Source: an uncultured virus (IMG/VR IMGVR_UViG_3300009786_004548) (taxonomy: Duplodnaviria > Heunggongvirae > Uroviricota > Caudoviricetes). From it: DNA of 64,000 nt. A program made the translations under genes and the position numbers. Position 1 is the stretch's first letter; every line of letters begins with the position of its first letter. The stretch lies in the IMG/VR virus record IMGVR_UViG_3300009786_004548, one strand, 5' to 3'. This document shows, piece after piece, positions 20,055 through 29,601 of this stretch. The notes under the pieces were generated by a model. The model saw only the letters and a list, made by a program, of their open reading frames with translations, searched no databases and was not told the DNA's origin.

Positions 20055-20726
20055 CTATTCTTCAACTACATCAGAAGACAAACGCACTAAGTTAAGCTCA
20101 CTCTCAGCCGCAACAAACAAAAACACAGCAATGAAAGAAAGCATGAAATAACCAAAACATAACCCAAACACAACCATGCCTATCTCCAACATCTGACCTA
20201 TCCTAACTGACACAAGAGTAGATTTATAATAATCATCTTTCATAAAAAAGAAAAGAGTAGCTCTAAGCAATCTGCCGCCATCGGCAGGAAATATCGGCAA
20301 TAAGTTAAAAACAAATAACGCAATATTGCACATACAACAAAAATTAAGAAATGATAGCATAGTCCACGTTTCAGGCATCGAAGCTGGATTGGGAACTTGC
20401 AAAAGAAGTAACACAAAAAACCCTAAAGCTAGAACCAAATTAACCGCCGGTCCAGCAAAAACAATCAGCATCTCTTTAATTGAATTCCTAGGAATAATAA
20501 CTTTGGCCAATCCCCCAATAGGATATAACGTAATATCTCCAGTACCCACTCCTAAATGTTGAGCCATAACAACATGACCAAATTCATGTAAAAGAACAAA
20601 AAAATGAGCCAAAAGAAAAAATATAGCGAAGTTAGGATAAGCAAATAACAAAACAAGCACCAAAGCCAACCATGACCAATGCAACTTAACTGAAGTATTA
20701 AAAAGCTTTAAAACAGTACAATTCAT
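20055..20726 (-). CDS. Site-2 protease (M50)
   Basis: HEFGH, AGPAVN, FNLLPIFPADGGR. Confidence 0.93.
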   Translation of the reverse strand: MNCTVLKLFNTSVKLHWSWLALVLVLLFAYPNFAIFFLLAHFFVLLHEFGHVVMAQHLGVGTGDITLYPIGGLAKVIIPRNSIKEMLIVFAGPAVNLVLALGFFVLLLLQVPNPASMPETWTMLSFLNFCCMCNIALFVFNLLPIFPADGGRLLRATLFFFMKDDYYKSTLVSVRIGQMLEIGMVVFGLCFGYFMLSFIAVFLFVAAESELNLVRLSSDVVEE

Positions 20727-21118
20727 TATTCCTCTTTTTCAACTAACCACGAACTATCTCCAATGGTTACATAAATAGAGTTTTCATTTAACAGATTACA
20801 CATTTTACTTAAAAATTTAATGAATTTTTCAAGTTGACCCTTGTCATCTAAAAAAGAAACCTCATATCTTTCATTTTCATCTATTACGATAGCTCCTTTT
20901 CCCTTCCTCCAAAATCCTTCAATTCCACTTTTCTCATGCGTATAAGCATTAAAGTTTTTCATAAAGAAGTCATGAAACATATCCTTAGGAGTATCCCCAT
21001 TTTCCCCAAATTCTTTTTTACTTAATTTATCAGAAGGAACATAGAAAGCCGCCATCTTTCCAATGTAAATGAAATTCTTCAAATCCTTCTTCATATCTAT
21101 AGATTCTTTGAATTCCAC
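20726..21118 (-). CDS. Hypothetical protein
   Basis: 130-aa ORF with GAGG RBS. Confidence 0.7.
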   Translation of the reverse strand: MEFKESIDMKKDLKNFIYIGKMAAFYVPSDKLSKKEFGENGDTPKDMFHDFFMKNFNAYTHEKSGIEGFWRKGKGAIVIDENERYEVSFLDDKGQLEKFIKFLSKMCNLLNENSIYVTIGDSSWLVEKEE

Positions 21119-21181
21119 AATAACCTCTTTAATTTACTAATATAATATATAAACATTAAACTGATTTATGAAGGGAGAACA

Positions 21182-21760
21182 ATGAGAATAGACCACTTGG
21201 CGTTTAGAGTTAAAAACAGAAAAAAAACAACAAAGTTTTTAATGGATGCCTTAAAATATAAAATTCAAACAGAATTTAACATAAAATTTGATGACGGAAC
21301 AATGGCGGAATGCATTGCATTAGAACCTCCCGAAAAACAATTTAACGGTGTTCCATGGACCACAATTTGCAATCCCGTTATCTATCATCAAAAAGAAAAA
21401 AACACATGGGAAGGAAAATGGGCTGAAAACCAAGAATATCATCTCCCCCCAGAAATATTTGTTTCAGATGGAGAACCAAATTCCATAGTAGGAAAATGGG
21501 TTGCAGATAGAAATGGAATAGGCGGGCTTCATCATATCGCCTATATGGTTGATTCGGTAAAAGAAACTATGAATGAATGGAAGGAAAAAGGATATGCAGA
21601 ATTTCTAACAAAAGAACCATTAACATGTCCTGGTTTAACCCAAGTATTTACCAAGCCGTCTGAATTAACAGGCGTTATCTATGAATTTATAGAAAGAGAA
21701 AACGAAGGGTTTTGCACAGAAAACGTAAAAGATTTAATGATCAGCACAAAAGAAGTTTAA
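21182..21760 (+). CDS. VOC/glyoxalase-fold protein
   Basis: IDHLAFRV, GGLHHIAYMV, YEFIER. Confidence 0.85.
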   Translation: MRIDHLAFRVKNRKKTTKFLMDALKYKIQTEFNIKFDDGTMAECIALEPPEKQFNGVPWTTICNPVIYHQKEKNTWEGKWAENQEYHLPPEIFVSDGEPNSIVGKWVADRNGIGGLHHIAYMVDSVKETMNEWKEKGYAEFLTKEPLTCPGLTQVFTKPSELTGVIYEFIERENEGFCTENVKDLMISTKEV

Positions 21761-22356
21761 TCTTCTTCTATCAAAGCCATTAACTTTTCAGGGGTTGTCC
21801 CTGCGGCTTTAGCTTTTTCTTTTAGATCATCCCAATTGCCTTCTTCTTTCTTGGCCTTCCTTTCTCTAACCTTCTGTATCAATGTCTTGCCGCCAACATA
21901 CTTTCGAACAGGATCTATAAAATAATGTTTAACAAAATGACGAATTTCGTCCATTCCTAAACTCTTCCTAATTCTTGATTCAAGTCTAGTTAATGGGCAA
22001 GATAAAGGACTAAACATCAAATTTACAATTAAACTCATTAAAGGAAGGGCAATATACCAAGGGGCAACAAAAGGAAGAATGAAAAGAGCAGAGACATTTC
22101 CCAATATTACAGCAAAATGAAAAGATATGACCAAATAAAGATAAGACTGATTGGCATAATCCTTAGGCTCTTCATGATCGTAAAGACTTCTTAATAAAGA
22201 CAGACTAACTTTAACAGTATCATCTTCACTTCCAACTTCGCTCTCTAACCTTTGAACAATTTCTTGCGCATCTTCAGGTGACAAGTATTCATTCATAATA
22301 TTAGAAAGAGTCGCTTCGCCCGCCGTTGTCTTTTTTTTTACTTTTGCATCACTCAT
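21757..22356 (-). CDS. Membrane protein, DUF2784-like
   Basis: Two TM segments followed by CPLTRLE. Confidence 0.65.
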   Translation of the reverse strand: MSDAKVKKKTTAGEATLSNIMNEYLSPEDAQEIVQRLESEVGSEDDTVKVSLSLLRSLYDHEEPKDYANQSYLYLVISFHFAVILGNVSALFILPFVAPWYIALPLMSLIVNLMFSPLSCPLTRLESRIRKSLGMDEIRHFVKHYFIDPVRKYVGGKTLIQKVRERKAKKEEGNWDDLKEKAKAAGTTPEKLMALIEED

Positions 22357-22421
22357 TTATTCTCCTAATTAATTTTTGTATATTATTAATATAGGTAAAA
22401 AGAACTCAATTTTAAAATCAC

Positions 22422-22463
22422 AAAAAAAAAACGAGCCTGCCATATAGACAAGCCCGTTTTTTT
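22422..22463 (-). terminator. Intrinsic terminator
   Basis: ACGGGCTTGTC/GGCAGGCTCGT stem (with GU pairs) plus long T run. Confidence 0.8.
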
Positions 22464-22485
22464 GAAACGTACTAAAAAACGTTGG

Positions 22486-22977
22486 TCAAGCAACCTTAGA
22501 TTGCTGTTTTCTAAGAACATACGACTTCTTGTTCTTAGAAAGATGACCCTCTTTGTTGGCCAAAGAGTGGAGTGCCTGATAGACATTCCCAGCCATATTT
22601 GCGGAACTAGTTTTGTAACCTACCGCAACAACAGCTTCACAAATCTGGGAGGCTGTCATGCCTTCCTTAGGCCCATTGGCCAAGACTTCTTTCACACATT
22701 CCTTTAAAGAAGGCCATTTGTTCTTTTTGCGAGGGCCAAACTTAGTTCCCTTCTTGGGACCCTTACGCTTCGCCGTCGAAATAGCAACTTTGCTAATCCT
22801 AGATTTACTAGACTTTTTAGCTTTAGTTGCCTTTGTCGCTTTTGGAAATTCAAACAAAGCAATAAGTTGCTTGTCAATTGTTTGAATCTCGTTGAGCAAT
22901 TGAGCTTTACGACCACTCAACTCCGACAACGATTCGCACTGCTGTAGTACCGTCTCGGTGCTGAAAACGGAATTCAT
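22486..22977 (-). CDS. Lys-rich winged-helix DNA-binding protein
   Basis: Coiled coil, histone-like K/A/S linker, wHTH-like C-terminus (MTASQI...VYQALHSL). Confidence 0.7.
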   Translation of the reverse strand: MNSVFSTETVLQQCESLSELSGRKAQLLNEIQTIDKQLIALFEFPKATKATKAKKSSKSRISKVAISTAKRKGPKKGTKFGPRKKNKWPSLKECVKEVLANGPKEGMTASQICEAVVAVGYKTSSANMAGNVYQALHSLANKEGHLSKNKKSYVLRKQQSKVA

Positions 22978-23084
22978 AACCGTCTCCTTCTAATGTGTTC
23001 CCAAAGTTATTGTCAAGATTACTTAGAAAAGGGAACTAATTTAACCAAGTAACCAATTGTTGTCTTCAACAAACTTCTATTAAC

Positions 23085-23112
23085 ACTATACAAGCAAAAG
23101 TCATATTGTAAA
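23085..23112 (-). promoter_or_regulatory. TTTACA-N16-TATAGT promoter
   Basis: Repeated motif. Confidence 0.75.
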
Positions 23113-23203
23113 GCAAAATTTTTTAGATTTTAAAGCTCATATTGATTTCTAATTTCTATTTAACTATACTATTCAAAATCAAACCACTAAATGGAGTTTA
23201 AAA

Positions 23204-23407
23204 ATGCTCGTTCTTTCAAGAAAAAAAGATGAACAGATAATCCTAAAAGGCGAAAACTTTAAAGACATAAAAATAACTGTCGTAAGAATTGACAACTACA
23301 ACAAGGTTCGCATTGGAATAGAGGCAGACCAAGGAGTTTCTATTTTAAGATCTGAGTTAGAAGAAAGATCCGAGTTAGAAAAAAAGCCTACTCCAACAAA
23401 TCGCTAA
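23204..23407 (+). CDS. csrA: Carbon storage regulator CsrA/RsmA
   Basis: MLVLSRK..E.I, VRIGIEA, ILRSEL. Confidence 0.93.
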   Translation: MLVLSRKKDEQIILKGENFKDIKITVVRIDNYNKVRIGIEADQGVSILRSELEERSELEKKPTPTNR

Positions 23408-24359
23408 TAGAACCACCTTCTTCGTGCGTTCTTCGAATTGCTTGAGAAAACATTCGTGAAGTTGAAATAATTTTTAAGTTAGAACACCCTTCAAACCGAA
23501 ATGGCGCAACGGTATCAGTAACAATAATGCGTTCAAAATTTTCTAAATTGTTTGTTGCTTCACCAACAAACAATCCATGAGTGGCACATGCTCCCCACAC
23601 TCTCCCGCCATTTTTTTCAACCGCTTTCTTGCATTCTTTTAAAGTGCCGCCAGTAGAAATAATATCATCTACAATGACGACATCCTTTTTTTCTACGTCT
23701 CCTATTATATTAAAACCTTCCACTTTATCAAAAGTCCTAACCTTATCCAGATAAGACAAACCAACGTCTATTCCTAATCTTTTGCCAAGGGACTTCCTAA
23801 ATCTCATGGCTCTGGTCATTCCTCCCGCATCAGGAGAAAGAACCACTAAATCAGATTCTACATTAATCTGGGCAGAAACATAGTCAGCCAATAAATTTTT
23901 AGCTTCTAATGTGTCAGTTTGAATTCTAAATCCATTCTGAAACGCTGACAGGTTGTGAACATCCATCGTCACTAAACGATTGCAACCCACAGATTCCAAT
24001 AGTATAGCAACATATTTGGCGGTAATCGGGGCACGACTCTCCGTTTTTCTATCTTGTCTAGAAAAACCCAAATAAGGCACCACCGCCGTTATTCTACGTG
24101 CAGAGGCATCAACTAGGGAACCGATAAAAAATAAAAGTTTAGCAAATTTTTCACTAACAGACTCTTCCTCATCGCTATAAAGCGATTGGATCACGTAAAC
24201 ATCACATCCCCTGACGTTTACGTCTGACCGCAAATAAGGCTCTTTATCATCAAAGTAAAATTCAACATGCTTAGAAAGAGGGACATCTAAAAATTCAGAC
24301 ACTCGCCCTGAAAACTCACGACTATCATTCAGTCCGAATAAACGAAATGTACTATCCAT
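23388..24359 (-). CDS. prs: Ribose-phosphate pyrophosphokinase
   Basis: PYLGFSRQDRK, MDVH, SPDAGG, VDDIISTGGT, ATHG. Confidence 0.95.
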   Translation of the reverse strand: MDSTFRLFGLNDSREFSGRVSEFLDVPLSKHVEFYFDDKEPYLRSDVNVRGCDVYVIQSLYSDEEESVSEKFAKLLFFIGSLVDASARRITAVVPYLGFSRQDRKTESRAPITAKYVAILLESVGCNRLVTMDVHNLSAFQNGFRIQTDTLEAKNLLADYVSAQINVESDLVVLSPDAGGMTRAMRFRKSLGKRLGIDVGLSYLDKVRTFDKVEGFNIIGDVEKKDVVIVDDIISTGGTLKECKKAVEKNGGRVWGACATHGLFVGEATNNLENFERIIVTDTVAPFRFEGCSNLKIISTSRMFSQAIRRTHEEGGSISDLLE

Positions 24360-24369
24360 AGGCGACCCC

Positions 24370-24668
24370 CTACTCCTTTCTAGGGTTTTTTATTCCTAGT
24401 TTTTTTAAAGCATTTTGAAAATCATCATGAGAAAATCCATGCTCTACCACGAAGGCCAATACCAATATAGCCTCTTCCTCAGAAAGTTTCTGCTCGTATT
24501 TCAATCGTGACAGATCATGATTGCCTCTTCTAGCTTCCCAGCCAGCAGATAGCAAGCGATTATGCAAAGAGCTTTCAATAATTTATTACAATTTAAACAA
24601 GCCGACAAGCCAGCAGAAACAAGTGCTTCAGCCAAAGACTTACCGCAAAATGGACAAACGTTAATCAT
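24370..24668 (-). pseudogene. Zn-ribbon hypothetical protein, apparently frameshifted near 24583
   Basis: ATG 24668 gives MINVCPFC..CLNCNK; one extra A joins it to IIESSLHNRLLS. Confidence 0.55.
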
Positions 24669-24712
24669 ACACTGTAGGTATCAAACGCTTGTTCGTTTTA
24701 TGAACACTATCC

Positions 24713-26119
24713 TTAAACTTCTCCAATATATTCTTGATCTAACTCTTCTGAATATTCTTCCATTTCTGCAAGATCGACTTCATGCGACTGTAAACCGAGG
24801 TCGCTCGTAGGTTGACCTTCTTTTGAAGAACCATCTTTTTCAAATTCTTTCAAGACAGAAATAACATCAGTCTCTCCTCTTAAAATTCCATTAACAACAG
24901 AGAAAGCTATATTCAAAGAATCAATAGAGACTGCCAGACTTCCATCTTCATTAAACCCATTCTGTCCGATTAGCTTTGCAAGAGGATTTAGATAAAGCTT
25001 TCTAATCTTCGCTTCTCTTAGAGCAGCAGAAATCTTTTTAGAACCAGAGGCTCCTGTTGTGGAAATGGCCTTTTTCAAATCAGTAGCCTTAGCTTGCTGT
25101 TTTTCTTCGGCCTGAGAGACAGCATCTTGCTTTTCCTCAACATTTTTTGACGCTTCTTCAAGACCGTCTACAGCAGAGTCCTTTTCTTCCTCCGTGCCAA
25201 TTAAATTGGCAACAGCTACATTTGCGCCCGCAATTTCTTCTTTGCTCTCTGCTTTATCCAGCGCCTTTTTAGCACGTTCAACTTTTTCTTTAGATCTAGC
25301 ATTAGCAAACTTAATTGTAAAGTCTAAAAGAATATGTCTTTCTTCCAAATCATCAATTTCAGCTAACGCCTGCGCAACAGAAAGGTTTATCTGGTCGTCG
25401 CAAAAACAAGAATAAGATTTTTCGTCCAAACTTATAATCTTATCTATATTTCTAAGCCATTGACCCGATTTGTTTCCCGTGAGACTAATTATTTTCTCGT
25501 CATCAAAACCAGCATCACGATAATGCTTAACTGTTTGGACGGTTGCGACATCACCAATAGGAACGGCAGTAGAGTTCTCAACCCAAGCAACAGATCGAGC
25601 CTCATCATCATCAAGATCCATAATGCGGACCTCTATCTTAGACAATGCCGTCTTATAGGATTCCTTTTTTTCTGTTTCTACATTCAAACAGTCTTTTCTT
25701 CTTTTCTTCCTAGCATTAGTAATTGCGCAATACGAACGACAACCGGCAACAATCTGCAATTTTTTATTGACGAATCTACAAATCAGAGGCTTAAATAGAC
25801 CCTTGTCACAAATTGTATCTTCTAAAGCACGTAAAGACTCTTTGTCAAAACCTGCCCCTGCTCGTTGGGAATCTTTACTCTCCCGACCAAACTCACGAGG
25901 ATTGAATTCATCAGGAGAGAATTTAATCACCCCATAATCAACCTTGTATAAGTTTCCAGAAACATGATCAATCTTGTCTTCAAAGTTAACAGGAATACTA
26001 ACTGACATCTTTTTTCTCCTCCGTGAAATGTTGCAACGGTTAAAAATTGTACATGTTGTTAGGCCTTCGGCATCGTATGAGCCAACTGGCCTCGTATTTT
26101 TTTGCTCCAAAGTTGCCAA
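24713..26119 (-). CDS. ParB-like protein with coiled-coil and acidic tail
   Basis: FNPR, GLFKPLI, IVAGCRSY, EN; probable start MSVSIP. Confidence 0.75.
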   Translation of the reverse strand: MATLEQKNTRPVGSYDAEGLTTCTIFNRCNISRRRKKMSVSIPVNFEDKIDHVSGNLYKVDYGVIKFSPDEFNPREFGRESKDSQRAGAGFDKESLRALEDTICDKGLFKPLICRFVNKKLQIVAGCRSYCAITNARKKRRKDCLNVETEKKESYKTALSKIEVRIMDLDDDEARSVAWVENSTAVPIGDVATVQTVKHYRDAGFDDEKIISLTGNKSGQWLRNIDKIISLDEKSYSCFCDDQINLSVAQALAEIDDLEERHILLDFTIKFANARSKEKVERAKKALDKAESKEEIAGANVAVANLIGTEEEKDSAVDGLEEASKNVEEKQDAVSQAEEKQQAKATDLKKAISTTGASGSKKISAALREAKIRKLYLNPLAKLIGQNGFNEDGSLAVSIDSLNIAFSVVNGILRGETDVISVLKEFEKDGSSKEGQPTSDLGLQSHEVDLAEMEEYSEELDQEYIGEV

Positions 26120-26675
26120 TAATAGAATTGGGGTCCCTTAAAACTAATCCCTCAATCTCATCACAAACCTTTTCTCTAAACCTTTTTTCAAACAATGAAT
26201 CAAAAGTTTCAGCAAGCAAAATGTTCTCACTAACTTTAAAAGCCAATCCATTATTGTCGTCTAATACTTTAGGCCTACTACAAATGTCATACAATAATTC
26301 CAATCTCACTGCTTGAGTAGGATTAGAAAAAAAATATTGACCTGCCTGCAAGACATCAAATAAAACAATTTTATCCCTGTAGTAGTCAGACTTAGTTTTG
26401 TTCATAAGCTCCGAGTCTAACCAATACTCCTGCCCATCAATAAGATCTAAACTTGAAAGGATTTCTTCCTTCAAGACATTTGACATCTGGAACCGACTAT
26501 GCAAAGATCCATGACGGCCAAAGCACTTGACATCTCTATCTGTGGAGATGTGAACAAGATTTCTGGCCCCATTAAACTTCCTTTGGGCCAAATAACCTCT
26601 TCCCTCATAATGAGGCAAATCCCGTGGATTAATTTTATTCTTTGGGCTAGGTGGGTACAGTGCAGATATAGACAT
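26040..26675 (-). CDS. ATP-dependent ligase-like nucleotidyltransferase domain, no OB domain
   Basis: KFNGAR, DSEL, FDVL, EGLVLR. Confidence 0.8.
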   Translation of the reverse strand: MSISALYPPSPKNKINPRDLPHYEGRGYLAQRKFNGARNLVHISTDRDVKCFGRHGSLHSRFQMSNVLKEEILSSLDLIDGQEYWLDSELMNKTKSDYYRDKIVLFDVLQAGQYFFSNPTQAVRLELLYDICSRPKVLDDNNGLAFKVSENILLAETFDSLFEKRFREKVCDEIEGLVLRDPNSIIGNFGAKKYEASWLIRCRRPNNMYNF

Positions 26676-26699
26676 TCTTTAAAAATCTCCTCCTAAAAG

Positions 26700-26727
26700 A
26701 GGATACTCCAGACAAACGAGTTGTAAA
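26700..26727 (-). promoter_or_regulatory. TTTACA-N16-TATCCT promoter
   Basis: Repeated motif. Confidence 0.7.
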
Positions 26728-26732
26728 GGACA

Positions 26733-26769
26733 AAATGCCTAAGAATTCGAAATGCCTAAGAATTCGAAA
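26733..26769. repeat. 17-bp tandem duplication
   Basis: aaatgcctaagaattcg x2 across the stop codon of the SprT-like gene. Confidence 0.9.
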
Positions 26770-27445
26770 CTACAAATTTATACCCGCACTCTCCACAAAC
26801 AACATTAATGGACCGACGACCTGAACGAATGCTATTGTGCGGTTCTGGACAATTGCACATGTACTTGAGAAAGTACTGTCTGCCTTTCGTTTTTGAAACA
26901 ATTCTTTCCACATCCTTCTTGGCTTCAGCCAATACATTTTTACTAAATTCAAAAGAATCAAAAACTTCAATCAACGCCGCATTATCATCGTCTTTTGGGC
27001 GAACTGAATCATCATCTTTTAAATGCTTATAAGACGTAGCACTCCACCCTGTAGATTTCTCCCTTGCAACATAGAGTCCTGCATTTAAAGCTTCTGAAAG
27101 GAATTTTTTATTATGGTATCGATTAGACGTAATTCCCTTTACGTTTTCAGAATAATTTAAAGCATGAATCATTTCATGAACAATATTTGACAAGACTACA
27201 TTCTTATCAAAAGATCCTATTCTTCGGCCTATGATAATTTCATAATGTTGATTCGGCTTGCCGCTAAATCTAAACATAAAGTTCTTATTTACATCAACTT
27301 TTATAGAAGGAGAAATGATTTTGTTGTTAAATATCTTATTATTCAAACATTTAAATGCATTTCTAATTTCTCCAACAATATTAAGCTCTTTAACTTTGCC
27401 CTCATCCATGATCTCTTCCCCTTCAAAACAAAAAATTTTCCACAA
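26756..27445 (-). CDS. SprT-like zinc metalloprotease
   Basis: HEMIH, YHNKKF, C-terminal CxC/CxxC. Confidence 0.85.
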   Translation of the reverse strand: MWKIFCFEGEEIMDEGKVKELNIVGEIRNAFKCLNNKIFNNKIISPSIKVDVNKNFMFRFSGKPNQHYEIIIGRRIGSFDKNVVLSNIVHEMIHALNYSENVKGITSNRYHNKKFLSEALNAGLYVAREKSTGWSATSYKHLKDDDSVRPKDDDNAALIEVFDSFEFSKNVLAEAKKDVERIVSKTKGRQYFLKYMCNCPEPHNSIRSGRRSINVVCGECGYKFVVSNS

Positions 27446-27542
27446 AAATGTGTCAATTATAATTATATCATGTAATCAAAAGTCGAATCAACATGTATAA
27501 TTCAATTTGCCCTGTTATCAATAAAATTATCGGAAAACAATC

Positions 27543-28451
27543 ATGGCTGAAAATTTTAACTTAAATATCTGGCGATTGCATCCACAAAGTTCAAAAATCG
27601 TCCCCGCCGAGAAAACCCTAAACGGAACGGCAAACGAATCCGGCGTAAAATTTTGCAAACCCTTCAGCAATGCCAACAGTGCAGGTTGGTGGATTTATCC
27701 AGCAATTGATGTAGACATCATGTATACCGACGCAGGGTTTGAGTACAACATTCTTGAAAGTTATCCTCCCACGGAAAGAACAATCATACAATCACTGATT
27801 AAACCAGAAGATAACATCAACCTAGATGAATTTTGCCCCGCAACTCCAGAAGGAAGATCCAAATTCACTTGGGGAGCGGTAGAAAAAAACGTAGTGCAAA
27901 TGTGGACAGGATGCATTTTTGAAACCCCGCCTGGATGGATGCTTCATATAAAAAGCCCAAACAACATCCCACCAAGAGGATTTTGGGTAATGGATGGAAT
28001 CCTCGAAACCGACTGGATGCGATACGATATATGGACAAACCTAATTTTCGAAACCAAAAATGAATGGATTCATATCAGAAAAAACGAATGGCCACCAATC
28101 GCCCAAATAGTACCAATCAGAAGAGAAGGGATAGAAGGCGACTGGAAAATAAGTACAAATGAATTAATTAACAGAGACACTGAAGAAGCCAATGAGGTGT
28201 TTGACTATTGGATACAATATAACCAAGAGAAATTTGGAAAGGGTGGAAAACAAAACATGCTTCCAGACGGAAGCAAAACCAAAGACTCTACTACTTATTT
28301 CAGAGAGAAAAAACGAATATTAAAAGACCAAATGGAACCCAACGAAGAAGAAAGATCTAAAATAAGAGGATGTCCTTTCGGCCATCAGCAAACAGAATCT
28401 TCTAAACCAAAAATCAAAAACAGGTTTTATAAACCAAAAAACAACGACTAG
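27543..28451 (+). CDS. DUF6065-like protein
   Basis: CxPF..AN..GW, FETPPGW, GILETDW, PIAQIVP. Confidence 0.65.
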   Translation: MAENFNLNIWRLHPQSSKIVPAEKTLNGTANESGVKFCKPFSNANSAGWWIYPAIDVDIMYTDAGFEYNILESYPPTERTIIQSLIKPEDNINLDEFCPATPEGRSKFTWGAVEKNVVQMWTGCIFETPPGWMLHIKSPNNIPPRGFWVMDGILETDWMRYDIWTNLIFETKNEWIHIRKNEWPPIAQIVPIRREGIEGDWKISTNELINRDTEEANEVFDYWIQYNQEKFGKGGKQNMLPDGSKTKDSTTYFREKKRILKDQMEPNEEERSKIRGCPFGHQQTESSKPKIKNRFYKPKNND

Positions 28452-28484
28452 CCATTTTACGACCATTTCCACATATATAACTAC

Positions 28485-29354
28485 ATGCAATTCAGAAACT
28501 GGCTAGAAATGGCTTCACTAAAAGACATCTTAAAGGATGTGCCTCAAAACCCCAAGCACCATCCTGAAGGCAATGTGTGGAACCATGTAAGAATGGTCAG
28601 ACAATCGATGAACGACGCCATTGCGATAATGAATCAATCGCAACAAGATCCTGATTCCCCATTTTCCAACTTTAATATGGATCTTTCCCAAGATGAAAAA
28701 AACATACTCCGTCTAGCGGGATGGCTTCACGACATAGGAAAGTCCTCAGCAACTAAATGGACTGTAGATAAAGAAAAAAAAATACATTGGAAAGAATTAC
28801 CGCCAGAACACAAAGGGGGAGAAGAAGAAAAAGGATGGCAAGCAATAGGCCATGAAAATCCTGAACACTTCGAACCAGAAATGAAAAAGTTAGATCCTAT
28901 ATGGCACAACATGTACAATGACGCAAGTGCAAAAGACAAAGACGACCTATGGTTTATTATAAATAACCATATGACTCTCAAGCCTGAAGGGTTTGGCAAA
29001 AAAAGAAACAACCAGTGGATAGATGAAAATGGAAAATATAAAAACGAAAGAAAAATAAAGCTTCTTTTAATACTGATACTAATGGACAGAATGGGCAGGG
29101 GAACTGGCGGGAGTTACCGAACGTCAGGCCCAGAGGCACTTGCACATATGACAAATTCTGCGCAAAATCAAAAAGAAAAATTAGATAAAGATCAAGAACT
29201 AAGGGATATACAGAAGGCAAATGCCAACCTCAGTCCAAAAGAATTCATCATAAAATGGATAGACGCAGAAAAACCCCTAAGCTCTCTAGAAGGAGCGCTT
29301 AGGGGTAAGTTTCCTAATCTTAGTGACAAAGATATTAAATCTATTATCCCTTAA
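28485..29354 (+). CDS. HD-domain phosphohydrolase with capsid-targeting-like N-terminus
   Basis: QNPKHHPEG.VW.H, LHDIGK, GHE, D..GR; begins MQFRNWLE. Confidence 0.85.
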   Translation: MQFRNWLEMASLKDILKDVPQNPKHHPEGNVWNHVRMVRQSMNDAIAIMNQSQQDPDSPFSNFNMDLSQDEKNILRLAGWLHDIGKSSATKWTVDKEKKIHWKELPPEHKGGEEEKGWQAIGHENPEHFEPEMKKLDPIWHNMYNDASAKDKDDLWFIINNHMTLKPEGFGKKRNNQWIDENGKYKNERKIKLLLILILMDRMGRGTGGSYRTSGPEALAHMTNSAQNQKEKLDKDQELRDIQKANANLSPKEFIIKWIDAEKPLSSLEGALRGKFPNLSDKDIKSIIP

Positions 29355-29542
29355 GCCGAAGCTTCCTGTCCGGTAAACAACGCCTGTCGGCAAACCGTAA
29401 TGGCAGCAACATACGCACTTGACGTATTTGAGCAAAACGTGTTTGTCTTGGGGCATGCCGAATAAAACAATCTCCATTCAGCCACAACTTTGACAGCATC
29501 ATCTGCGCCTGCCGACGTTTCTTCTGTTTTTTCGCATATCAT
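29351..29542 (-). CDS. Small 4-Cys protein, paralog 1
   Basis: Similar to 30757-30987; AGGAG RBS; TATAAATA upstream. Confidence 0.8.
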   Translation of the reverse strand: MICEKTEETSAGADDAVKVVAEWRLFYSACPKTNTFCSNTSSAYVAAITVCRQALFTGQEASA

Positions 29543-29601
29543 TTTATTTTTCTCCTAGAAAATCTTAACACCTCTTTATTTATACAGCACAAACTAATAA
29601 T

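Noticed and set aside
23388..24359. NAD-reconstitution (Prs-like plus nicotinamide transferase) anti-defence pathway
   Set aside because: Prs looks canonical and no NAMPT-like gene is adjacent
28485..29354. CCA-adding enzyme for the CCA-less tRNA
   Set aside because: Only the HD domain is present; no nucleotidyltransferase motifs
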